Source: Sinorhizobium meliloti (GTDB lineage Bacteria; Pseudomonadota; Alphaproteobacteria; Rhizobiales; Rhizobiaceae). From it: a stretch of 32,000 bases of DNA. The position numbers and the translations under genes are program-made. The DNA is taken from the NCBI RefSeq assembly GCF_017876815.1, contig NZ_JAGIOS010000001.1:1950001-1982000 (forward strand). Reading direction: 5' to 3'. The stretch's first letter is position 1; each line of letters starts with the position of its first letter. A model generated the notes under the pieces. That model made no database searches and was not told where the DNA came from. It saw only the letters and a list, made by a program, of their open reading frames with translations. This document shows, piece by piece, positions 17,743 through 25,628 of the stretch.

Positions 17743-17887
17743 GCCCCTCATCCGGCTGCCGCCACCTTCTCCCCGCATGCGGGGAGAAGGGACTCGCGGT
17801 TTCGTCATTGCAACCAATATCGGCCGCGCATTCGCAGGGGGCATGTCCCCTCTCCCCGCTCGCGGGGAGAGGGTTAGGGTGAGGGGC
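17743..17887. repeat. composite palindromic intergenic element (RIME/REP-like) at the phosphoesterase / sqdC convergent junction
   Basis: Terminal inverted repeats GCCCCTCATCC (17743-17753) and GGGTGAGGGGC (17877-17887) match at 10/11 positions. There are two perfect 12-bp-stem hairpins: CCTTCTCCCCGC-AT-GCGGGGAGAAGG (17765-17790) and CCCTCTCCCCGC-TC-GCGGGGAGAGGG (17848-17873). Confidence 0.75.
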
Positions 17888-18800
17888 GAAATCTTGGTTC
17901 AACGGTCACAGCTTGCACGGCAAGCTCCCGGATCGTCGCAGCCAGTCTTTCCCTTCCGCCCGGCACCCAGCCGAGCGCGCGCAGCTTCTCCGTCGACATC
18001 GTCTTGAATGCTGCCGCTTCCGCTGCCGGCGGCAGAGGGTGCGGGCAGCCGGTTGCAGCCTGGAGAAAGGAGAGGATCTCGCGGTTGTCGGTCAGCACGT
18101 CGGAGACGTTGAACACCTGACCGGATATTCTCGCCGGTTCGGTTTCGAGCATGAGGCGGACGGCCTGGGCGACATCGTCGCCGTGGACTTCCGTGCCGAT
18201 GCGCCTTGGCACCGGTCGGCCGGCAATGTAATCGGAAAAGAGATCGCTCCACTTGTGTTTTCGTCCCGAGCCCGCGGGGCCGTAGACACCGGTGACGCGC
18301 AGGCTCGTCGTGACGAAACTGTGGTCGGTCATCGATTTCAAGGCGTTCTCGGTGGCGAGCTTTACCTGTCCGTAGAACGTGTCCGGCTCGACAGGTGACG
18401 TCTCAGCGACAATCGGCGGCGCCGTCTCGCCATAGACGGCGCGGCTCGACAGGAAAACGCAGCGCCGTACGCCGGCGGCGCGCGCTTCCTCGAAAAGGCG
18501 AACGGAGCCGTCGAGATTGGCGCGGCGGAAACTCGTGGGATCGTCACCCTCGCCTCCGCGATATCTGCCCTCGACATGCTCGAAAGCCGCATGGACGAAA
18601 TAATAGATATCGTCGAAGGCGCCGGCCTGGTCCGCATCCGCATCGAGACGGAGCGGCACATGGGACACGGGTTGCGAATAAAAGCCGGCAGGCGGCGGAG
18701 AGCGCCCACCGACCGTGACCTCATAGCCGTTTGCCAGCAGGTGCTCGATGATGAAGCGGCCGACGAATCCGGTGCCGCCGGAGACGAGAACGCGGGTCAT
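17874..18800 (-). CDS. sqdC: NAD-dependent epimerase/dehydratase-family protein, third gene of the sulfolipid operon
   Basis: Start taken at MTRVLVSGGTGFVGRFIIEHL (Rossmann GxxGxxG). This ATG overlaps the sqdD stop as ATGA at 18797-18800. The upstream extension in the track ORF overlaps sqdD coding sequence and is rejected. The gene symbol is inferred from the operon position after sqdB and sqdD. Confidence 0.7.
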   Translation of the reverse strand: MTRVLVSGGTGFVGRFIIEHLLANGYEVTVGGRSPPPAGFYSQPVSHVPLRLDADADQAGAFDDIYYFVHAAFEHVEGRYRGGEGDDPTSFRRANLDGSVRLFEEARAAGVRRCVFLSSRAVYGETAPPIVAETSPVEPDTFYGQVKLATENALKSMTDHSFVTTSLRVTGVYGPAGSGRKHKWSDLFSDYIAGRPVPRRIGTEVHGDDVAQAVRLMLETEPARISGQVFNVSDVLTDNREILSFLQAATGCPHPLPPAAEAAAFKTMSTEKLRALGWVPGGRERLAATIRELAVQAVTVEPRFRPSP

Positions 18801-19672
18801 GGCGACGTGAGGCCGGCTTGCGGATTGGGAAGACCGGCAATATCGGGAATCTGCTCGCCGGTCAGAAAAGCGTGCCAGAGATCGATCAGCGGGCGCAGCG
18901 CATCCGCGCGCGGATGATCCTTCTCCCACGGCTTTTCGTACTGGTAATGGAGCACCCCGATCGAGCGCCAGTCCCAAAGCTCAGGCAGGTTGAACCACAC
19001 ATATTGCAGCATGTTCATCGTCACCGGCAGGCCATGCCAATCGGGGAAGAAGCTTTGCAGAAAGGTCTGGTCCGTGCGCGGCCAGAAGGCGTCCGGCGCA
19101 TCGAGGGCCGCGAGCATCTTCTCGAAGGTCGCGACTGCCGGCTCGGCGACGAAGACGCCGGAGTTCAGGCGGTGGAAGTCCGCGAGACTCTCATAGACGT
19201 TCGGCGCTGCGGCAAATTCCGGATAGAGGAACAGCTTGTCGATGTTGCGCAACACGATCGCGTCGGCATCGATGAAGATGCAGCGTTCGTATTCGACGAG
19301 TTGCCACAGCCTTATCTTGCAGAAATTGTCGAGCGGCGAATGGAAATCGGGCTTGCGTCCTTTTGTGAAGGGTGCCTGCTCATGCACGTTGCGGCGCTGA
19401 TGCCGGGCGTTGAATTCGTCCGAAAGCGGCAGCAGGTCGGTTTGGATCAGGCGGCAGTCGAATTCGGTCAGCGGCTCGAGGGAGGCGGCATCCACCCCGC
19501 CGGTATGGAGCACGACGATATCTGCGGGCGTCCGGGTGAGACGGATCGATCTGAGCAGGGCCCGCGCACCGAGCGCGTAGTCGCTGTTGGTGACGAGCGT
19601 CACGAAAGCGTGGCGCGCAGTCACCGTGGAGGAGGGACTGAGCCCCTCCGGACTGGCGAAGACGCGGCTCAT
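18797..19672 (-). CDS. sqdD: glycosyltransferase family 8 (glycogenin-like), sulfolipid operon
   Basis: AFVTLVTNSDYALGARALLRSI and the DxD motif in CIFIDADAIVLRNID are typical of GT8. ATGA overlaps occur at both ends, with the sqdB stop (19669-19672) and the sqdC start. Confidence 0.75.
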   Translation of the reverse strand: MSRVFASPEGLSPSSTVTARHAFVTLVTNSDYALGARALLRSIRLTRTPADIVVLHTGGVDAASLEPLTEFDCRLIQTDLLPLSDEFNARHQRRNVHEQAPFTKGRKPDFHSPLDNFCKIRLWQLVEYERCIFIDADAIVLRNIDKLFLYPEFAAAPNVYESLADFHRLNSGVFVAEPAVATFEKMLAALDAPDAFWPRTDQTFLQSFFPDWHGLPVTMNMLQYVWFNLPELWDWRSIGVLHYQYEKPWEKDHPRADALRPLIDLWHAFLTGEQIPDIAGLPNPQAGLTSP

Positions 19673-20889
19673 GAAACCGATTTCAGCCGCTTGCCCTCCG
19701 GATCGTGGTTGATCAAGGGGGCGATGTCCTTCGTCCAGGCGGAAACCGCCGGCACGCGCGAGCGATCGACGCGATAGGCGAATTTCTTCGCCACGTCGAC
19801 GATCTCCGAAAGCAGCCCGTCTTCGAGGCGAACCGGATTGAGGCCGAGCGCGAGGAATTTCTCGTTCCGCACCACGAGTTCGTTCTCGGCCGCTTCCTTG
19901 CGCGGATTGGGCAGCCAGGCGATTTTCGCGCCGGTCATGCGTGCGACCATCTCGGCGAGATCGCGGATGCGATGCGTTTCCGTCATCTGGTTGAATATCT
20001 CGACGCGGCTGCCGCGCGCCGGCGGGTTCCTGAGCGCGAGCTCGGTGCAGCGCACCGAGTCCTGAATATGGATGAAGGCGCGCGTCTGGCCGCCGGTTCC
20101 GTGAACCGTCAGCGGATAGTCGATTGCTGCCTGGATCAGGAAACGATTGAGGACGGTTCCGTAATCCCCGTCATAGTCGAAGCGGTTGATGAGCTGCGGA
20201 TGACGCCGCGTCTGCTCCGTATGCGTGCCCCAGACGATGCCCTGATGCAGATCGGTGATCCTGAGGCCGTCATTCTTCGCATAGAACTGGAAGAGCAGCT
20301 GATCCAGGCACTTGGTCATGTGATAGACGGAGCCCGGATTGGAAGGATAGAGGATTTCCTGGTTCACCGTCTCTTCGCCCATGGTCTCGATGCCGACGGG
20401 CAGGTAGCCTTCAGGGATCGCCGCCCCGATCGTGGAATAGCCGTAAACGCCCATCGTACCGAGATGCACGAGATGGGCATCGAGTTCGAGTTCGACCAGT
20501 GCGTTCAGGAGATTGTGGGTCGCGTTGACGTTGTTGTTGACCGTGTAGTTCTTGTGCCTGTCGCTCTTCATCGAATAGGGGGCGGCCCGCTGCTCGGCGA
20601 AGTGGACGACCGCATCGGGCCGATGCTCCGCCAGCCAGTTCTTCAGGAGTTCGTAGTCGCGGGCGAGATCGATCAGATTGAAGTGAATACGCCGGCCGGT
20701 TTCCGCGTGCCAGATGCGCGTGCGCTCCTGGATGGAATCCATCGGCGTCAGGGATTGAACGCCGAGTTCCGTGTCGATCCAGCGGCGGGAGAGATTGTCG
20801 AGGATGTGAACCTCGTGGCCCGCATCGGACAAATGCAGGGCGGTGGGCCAGCCGACGAAACCATCACCGCCGAGGACTGCAATCTTCAT
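19669..20889 (-). CDS. sqdB: UDP-sulfoquinovose synthase
   Basis: Start at MKIAVLGGDGFVGWPTALHLS (Rossmann fold) with an AGGAGA Shine-Dalgarno upstream. The YxxxK catalytic motif (YHMTK) is present. About 406 aa, as in SqdB/SQD1. The track ORF extension to 21018 has no support. Confidence 0.9.
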   Translation of the reverse strand: MKIAVLGGDGFVGWPTALHLSDAGHEVHILDNLSRRWIDTELGVQSLTPMDSIQERTRIWHAETGRRIHFNLIDLARDYELLKNWLAEHRPDAVVHFAEQRAAPYSMKSDRHKNYTVNNNVNATHNLLNALVELELDAHLVHLGTMGVYGYSTIGAAIPEGYLPVGIETMGEETVNQEILYPSNPGSVYHMTKCLDQLLFQFYAKNDGLRITDLHQGIVWGTHTEQTRRHPQLINRFDYDGDYGTVLNRFLIQAAIDYPLTVHGTGGQTRAFIHIQDSVRCTELALRNPPARGSRVEIFNQMTETHRIRDLAEMVARMTGAKIAWLPNPRKEAAENELVVRNEKFLALGLNPVRLEDGLLSEIVDVAKKFAYRVDRSRVPAVSAWTKDIAPLINHDPEGKRLKSVS

Positions 20890-21016
20890 GCACGATTCTC
20901 CTGCTCGGGAAGAGGACAGGGTCCTGATAGGATAGGATTGTGACAAAGCTGCAGTGCTTGCAAATGTCTTTTTGTTCCTGCACAGGAAAACGCAATAAAT
21001 CCTCCCGGAGAATGCC

Positions 21017-21472
21017 ATGTCACTGATTTCGCTTGCCGGCGAGCTGACCGAGACCGGCCACCGACTGATCCAGCGGGTCTATTACGAGGACACCGATTTT
21101 TCCGGCGTCGTCTACCATGCGCGCTATCTGCATTTCATGGAGCGCGCCCGGACCGACTATCTGCGGCTTCTCGGCGTCGAGCAGGCGTCGCTGGCGATCG
21201 AAGGCGACGTGGAAGGCCTCGTCTTCGTCGTCCACCGTATGGAAATCGACTTCAAGGCGCCGGCGCGCATGGACGACGTCCTGACTATCGAGACCGCGAC
21301 CGAAAAGGCCGGCGGCGCAAAAATGATCCTGCAGCAGCAGATCAGGCGCGGCGACGCGCTGCTGATCGCGGCCAAGGTAATCATTGCGGTCGTCAACGGT
21401 CAGGGACGGCCACGGCGTCTGCCGGAGGCACTGGCAACGAAATTCCTGGCTGCGCAAGCGGCTTCCGCGTGA
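21017..21472 (+). CDS. ybgC: tol-pal-associated acyl-CoA thioesterase (4HBT hot-dog fold)
   Basis: RVYYEDTDFSGVVYHARYLHFMERARTDYLR is the YbgC/4HBT catalytic-region signature. 151 aa, with a GGAG Shine-Dalgarno 6 nt upstream. Confidence 0.85.
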   Translation: MSLISLAGELTETGHRLIQRVYYEDTDFSGVVYHARYLHFMERARTDYLRLLGVEQASLAIEGDVEGLVFVVHRMEIDFKAPARMDDVLTIETATEKAGGAKMILQQQIRRGDALLIAAKVIIAVVNGQGRPRRLPEALATKFLAAQAASA

Positions 21473-21481
21473 GCGGCCGGC

Positions 21482-24079
21482 TCATTCGACCGAGTTCAAT
21501 ATCTTCTTCGTCAGCGACTGACTGATCTTGCCGATCTCCCGCCACGGATCGGTCCCGGCTTCGATCCGCTCGATAATGTCCGGAATCTGAAACCCGTTGG
21601 CGGCTTCGAGGCCTTGGAGTTCGTCCCAGCCGACCGGTGTGGCGACCGGTCCGCCGGAGCGCGCGCGGGTGGAATAGGGCGCGATCGCCGTGGCGCCGCG
21701 ATCGTTTCTCAGCCAGTCTATGAAAATCTTTCCCTTGCGCTTCGCCTTCGACATGGTGGCGACGAAATTGTCCGGATCGCGCTCGGCGATAGATCGCGCG
21801 AGCGCTTTCGCGAAGCCTTTGGCCTCCTCCCATTCGGCATGGGGGCGGAGCGGAACGATGACGTGGACGCCCTTGCCGCCGGTCACCATGGGCACTGTTT
21901 TCAGGCCGATCTCGGCGAGTTCGTCGCGGAGCCTGAGGGCTGCCGCCTTGACTGTCTCGAAGTCGACGCTCGGATCGGGGTCGAGATCGAAGACCAGACG
22001 GTCGGGTTTCTCCAGCCGGTCGATGCTTGAACCCCAGATGTGAAACTCGAGCGTCCCCATCTGCACGGCGGCGACGAGGCCCTTGGCATCGTGGATGTAC
22101 ATATAGTTCTCGGTGTCGCCCGATGACTCGGTAATCGGCACTTCCCGGATCGCCTCGGGAAAGCCGTCGCTTGCGTGTTTCTGGAAGAAACAGTGCCGCT
22201 CGCCGCCCTGCGGGCAGCGCACCAGCGAAACGGGGTGATCGGCGGCAAAGGGGAGCATCCTCTCGGCGACAACGGCGTAATAGCGGGCGAGATCGATCTT
22301 GGTGATGCCCTGGCCTTCGAAGAGCACCCGGTCCGGATGGGAGATGCGGATGCCGAGGACATCGGCGTCTCCCTGCACAGGCGGGGTCTTGCGCGTCCTG
22401 GCGGAAGATTTGCTCTTGGCGGTCTCCGGCTCCGCTTCTGCCGGCTTCGGTGTCTCCAGTTTCACGGCCCTGGCCTCCTTGTCCTCGCGCAATCCCTCGA
22501 ATGAACCGTGACGGACATGTCCGTCGGCCGTGAATTCGGCGAAATCCACCTCCGCCACCAGGTCCGGCTCAAGCCATACCGAATTTCGCATTCTCTCTCG
22601 CGGCACGCTGTCGAAGGGCGACGTATCGCGCTTGCGCTTTGCGAAGGCCGCGGCGAGGTCCTCCATTGTCTTTCCGCTGAAACCGGTGCCGACGCCGCCA
22701 CGGTAGATCAGCTTCCCGCCTTCGAAGGTCCCGACGAGCAGCGAGGCGAAGGCACGCCCCTTCTTTGAAGACGGGGTATAGCCACCGATCACGAACTCCT
22801 GGCGCTTCGTGCATTTCACCTTGAGCCAGCTTCGGCTGCGCCCGCTGCGATAGGGGGCATCGGCCTCCTTGGCGATTATACCCTCCTGGCCGGCCTTGCA
22901 TATCGCGGAAAGCACGTGCTCGCCATTGCCGCGGACATGCTCGCTGAATTGTACGGTAGAGGTGGCGCCGAGCGTTTGGAGCAGCGCTTCGAGCCGTTCC
23001 TTGCGTTCCACGAGCGGCTTCCGGCTCAGATCCTTGCCGTCGAGCTCGATGAGATCGAAAGCGTAAAGCCGTGTGCTGGCCCCCGTTCTAAGCGCCTTCT
23101 GCAGGGCCGAGAAGGTCGATCCGCCTTCCGAAAGCGCCACCACTTCGCCATCGATCAGAGCGGACTGGCAGTCGAGTTCGGCAAGGGCGGCGGCAATTGC
23201 CGGGAACTTCTCGGTCCAGTCGAGGCCGTTGCGCGTGTAGCAGCGCACGGTGCCGGCACCGACGGCGCAGACAAGACGGTAGCCGTCGAACTTGGCTTCG
23301 TTCAGCCATGCGTCGCCGGCGGGCACCTTGGTCACCAGAGTCGCCAGCTGCGGTGCCTTGAAGGCGGGCAGCTTGCCGGAGGCTTTTCGCGTCGCGCGCT
23401 TGCCTGCATTGCCGTTTTCGGCGATCGCGCCGGCCTTGAGATTGGCCGAGATGCTTTTGTTGGAATGCCAGACCCGCGCCCGCTTCTCGCCCCTGCCTTC
23501 GGCGATCTCCTCCATCGTCCGGCCGGTAACGATGCTGGTGATGTTCTCGTTGATCAGGCTCTCGCCGTCATCGGAGGCGACATCGTCCGTTTCCTTGACG
23601 AGCAGCCAGTTCTCGCGCTTTTCGCCTTCGCGTGGCCGCATGCGCACCAGCGCCCAGCCGCCCTTCATTCGGCTGCCATGCAGCTTGAAGGAGAGCTTGC
23701 CCTTCTTCAGGGCTTTCGACGGGTCATCCTCCGGCTCCCACCAGCCGGTATCCCAGAGCATCACGGTACCGCCGCCATACTCTCCCTTCGGTATCGTTCC
23801 TTCGAAGTCGCCATAGGCAAGCGGGTGGTCTTCGGTACGCACGGCCAGGCGCTTGTCTTCGGGGTTGAGGCTCGGGCCGCGTGTGACCGCCCAGCTCTTC
23901 AGCACGCCCTCCCATTCCAGGCGGAAGTCGTAATGCAGGCGGGTCGCAGCGTGCTTCTGAACCAGGAACCGCATCCTGTTGTCCCCGCTGCGCCGAGCGA
24001 CCGCTCCCTTGGGTTCGCTCGTCCGCGTGAAATCGCGGCGCCGGTTATATTCGGAAAGCGGTTCATTGCGAGCGGCCAT
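21482..24079 (-). CDS. ligD: multidomain ATP-dependent DNA ligase LigD (phosphoesterase - ligase - polymerase/primase)
   Basis: N-terminal 3-prime-phosphoesterase signature RFLVQKHAATRLHYDFRLE...LKSWAVTRGPS. Central ligase adenylation motif I is EAKFDGYRLV. The C-terminal LigD primase-polymerase region contains FFQKHA, LVFDLDP, GGKGVHV and IDWLRN. The length is 865 aa. Confidence 0.92.
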   Translation of the reverse strand: MAARNEPLSEYNRRRDFTRTSEPKGAVARRSGDNRMRFLVQKHAATRLHYDFRLEWEGVLKSWAVTRGPSLNPEDKRLAVRTEDHPLAYGDFEGTIPKGEYGGGTVMLWDTGWWEPEDDPSKALKKGKLSFKLHGSRMKGGWALVRMRPREGEKRENWLLVKETDDVASDDGESLINENITSIVTGRTMEEIAEGRGEKRARVWHSNKSISANLKAGAIAENGNAGKRATRKASGKLPAFKAPQLATLVTKVPAGDAWLNEAKFDGYRLVCAVGAGTVRCYTRNGLDWTEKFPAIAAALAELDCQSALIDGEVVALSEGGSTFSALQKALRTGASTRLYAFDLIELDGKDLSRKPLVERKERLEALLQTLGATSTVQFSEHVRGNGEHVLSAICKAGQEGIIAKEADAPYRSGRSRSWLKVKCTKRQEFVIGGYTPSSKKGRAFASLLVGTFEGGKLIYRGGVGTGFSGKTMEDLAAAFAKRKRDTSPFDSVPRERMRNSVWLEPDLVAEVDFAEFTADGHVRHGSFEGLREDKEARAVKLETPKPAEAEPETAKSKSSARTRKTPPVQGDADVLGIRISHPDRVLFEGQGITKIDLARYYAVVAERMLPFAADHPVSLVRCPQGGERHCFFQKHASDGFPEAIREVPITESSGDTENYMYIHDAKGLVAAVQMGTLEFHIWGSSIDRLEKPDRLVFDLDPDPSVDFETVKAAALRLRDELAEIGLKTVPMVTGGKGVHVIVPLRPHAEWEEAKGFAKALARSIAERDPDNFVATMSKAKRKGKIFIDWLRNDRGATAIAPYSTRARSGGPVATPVGWDELQGLEAANGFQIPDIIERIEAGTDPWREIGKISQSLTKKILNSVE

Positions 24080-24428
24080 GGATCGTCAGCCCGATTTCGG
24101 CTGGAAGGCTATATGTTTCGGGGACCAGGGGCTCATGGCACCGAAACGTGCGACCTGCTGCGAAGTTCCGTATTGCGCAAGCTCACTCGAACTGCGCGCG
24201 CGGTAATACTCCCTTAACCATAATGGTGTCTTAATCCGTGTATCAGGATTTGTGCAGTGCACGTCATCCTTTGACCAAAATTGACGGCAAGAAGGCAGGC
24301 TGAAGCGAGTAGATCGCAATGCCGCGATCGGTGGCAATACCGGGGCATTCCTGCTGCAGGACATTTGGGCGACCCGGTCACGAGCATGAGTTGCTCTGCC
24401 GGGTGTTTGGATTCGGGGACTGAAATCG

Positions 24429-25148
24429 ATGGAACAGGTTGGATTGGCCGCGACGAGCGACGTGACCCTCTGGTCGCTCTTCATGCAAGCGGGCTTGGTC
24501 GTGAAGCTGGTCATGCTGGGGCTCATCGCCGCCTCGGTCTGGACCTGGGCTATCGTCGTCGACAAGAGCCTGAATTACGGGCGTGTCCGCCGGCAGCTCG
24601 ATAATTTCGAGCAGGTATTCTGGTCGGGTCAGTCGCTGGAGGAGCTCTATCGGACCCTCTCGGACAGGCAGACGAGCGGAATGGGCGCGATCTTCGTTTC
24701 GGCCATGCGCGAATGGAAGAAAAGCTTTGAGCGCGGCGCGCGCGCGCCGATCGGCCTGCAGATGCGGATCGACCGCGCGATGGACGTGACGCTCGCCCGT
24801 GAATCCGAAGCGCTCGAGGCAAGGCTCGGCTCGCTGGCGACGATCGGCTCGGCTGCCCCCTTCATCGGCCTTTTCGGCACCGTCGTCGGTATCATGACCT
24901 CGTTCCAGGCCATCGCCGGTTCCAAGTCCACCAACCTCGCCGTCGTTGCTCCCGGTATCGCCGAAGCGCTGCTTGCGACCGCCATCGGTCTGCTCGCCGC
25001 CATTCCTGCCGTTATCGCCTACAACAAGTTCACCGCCGATGCCGGCAAGCTGACGGCACGCATGGAAGCCTTTGCCGACGAGTTCTCCGCCATCCTGTCG
25101 CGACAGATCGACGAGAAGCTGCAGCCTTCTCGCCAAGCCGCGCAATAA
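24429..25148 (+). CDS. tolQ: Tol-Pal system protein TolQ (MotA/TolQ/ExbB proton channel)
   Basis: 239 aa with three hydrophobic segments and the family region LATIGSAAPFIGLFGTVVGIM. It is followed by tolR, tolA, tolB and pal. Confidence 0.92.
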   Translation: MEQVGLAATSDVTLWSLFMQAGLVVKLVMLGLIAASVWTWAIVVDKSLNYGRVRRQLDNFEQVFWSGQSLEELYRTLSDRQTSGMGAIFVSAMREWKKSFERGARAPIGLQMRIDRAMDVTLARESEALEARLGSLATIGSAAPFIGLFGTVVGIMTSFQAIAGSKSTNLAVVAPGIAEALLATAIGLLAAIPAVIAYNKFTADAGKLTARMEAFADEFSAILSRQIDEKLQPSRQAAQ

Positions 25149-25175
25149 CGACCTCAAAGCACGGAGACCACGCTG

Positions 25176-25628
25176 ATGGGTATGGCAGTTGGCGGAGCCA
25201 AGGGGTCGGGCGGCGGGCGCCGCCGCCGCGGCGGCAGAAGAAGCGCGATCAGCGAGATCAACGTCACGCCGCTCGTCGACGTCATGCTGGTTCTCCTCAT
25301 CATCTTCATGGTGGCTGCGCCGATGATGACGGTCGGCGTGCCGATCGATCTGCCGGAAACGCAGGCGAAGGCCATGAACGCCGATACGCAGCCGATCACC
25401 GTCTCGGTCAACCCGGCGGGCGAGATCTTCCTGCAGGAGACGCCGATAGCGATCGACGAGGTCGTCCCGAAGCTCGAGGCGATCGCCACGACCGGCTACA
25501 ATGAGCGCATCTATGTGCGCGGCGACACCAATGCCGACTACGGCACCGTGATGAAGGTGATGGCACGCATCTCCGCGGCAGGCTTCAAGAACCTGGGTCT
25601 CGTAACGCTTCAAGAACAAGAGAAGTGA
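25176..25628 (+). CDS. tolR: Tol-Pal system protein TolR (ExbD/TolR family)
   Basis: ISEINVTPLVDVMLVLLIIFMVAAP is the ExbD/TolR transmembrane signature. 150 aa, with a GGAGA Shine-Dalgarno upstream. Confidence 0.9.
   Translation: MGMAVGGAKGSGGGRRRRGGRRSAISEINVTPLVDVMLVLLIIFMVAAPMMTVGVPIDLPETQAKAMNADTQPITVSVNPAGEIFLQETPIAIDEVVPKLEAIATTGYNERIYVRGDTNADYGTVMKVMARISAAGFKNLGLVTLQEQEK

Noticed and set aside
24086-24565. 159-aa minus-strand ORF covering the ligD/tolQ spacer and the start of tolQ.
   Set aside because: It overlaps the well-supported tolQ start, has Ser/Thr/Cys-rich non-protein-like composition, and has no ribosome-binding site.
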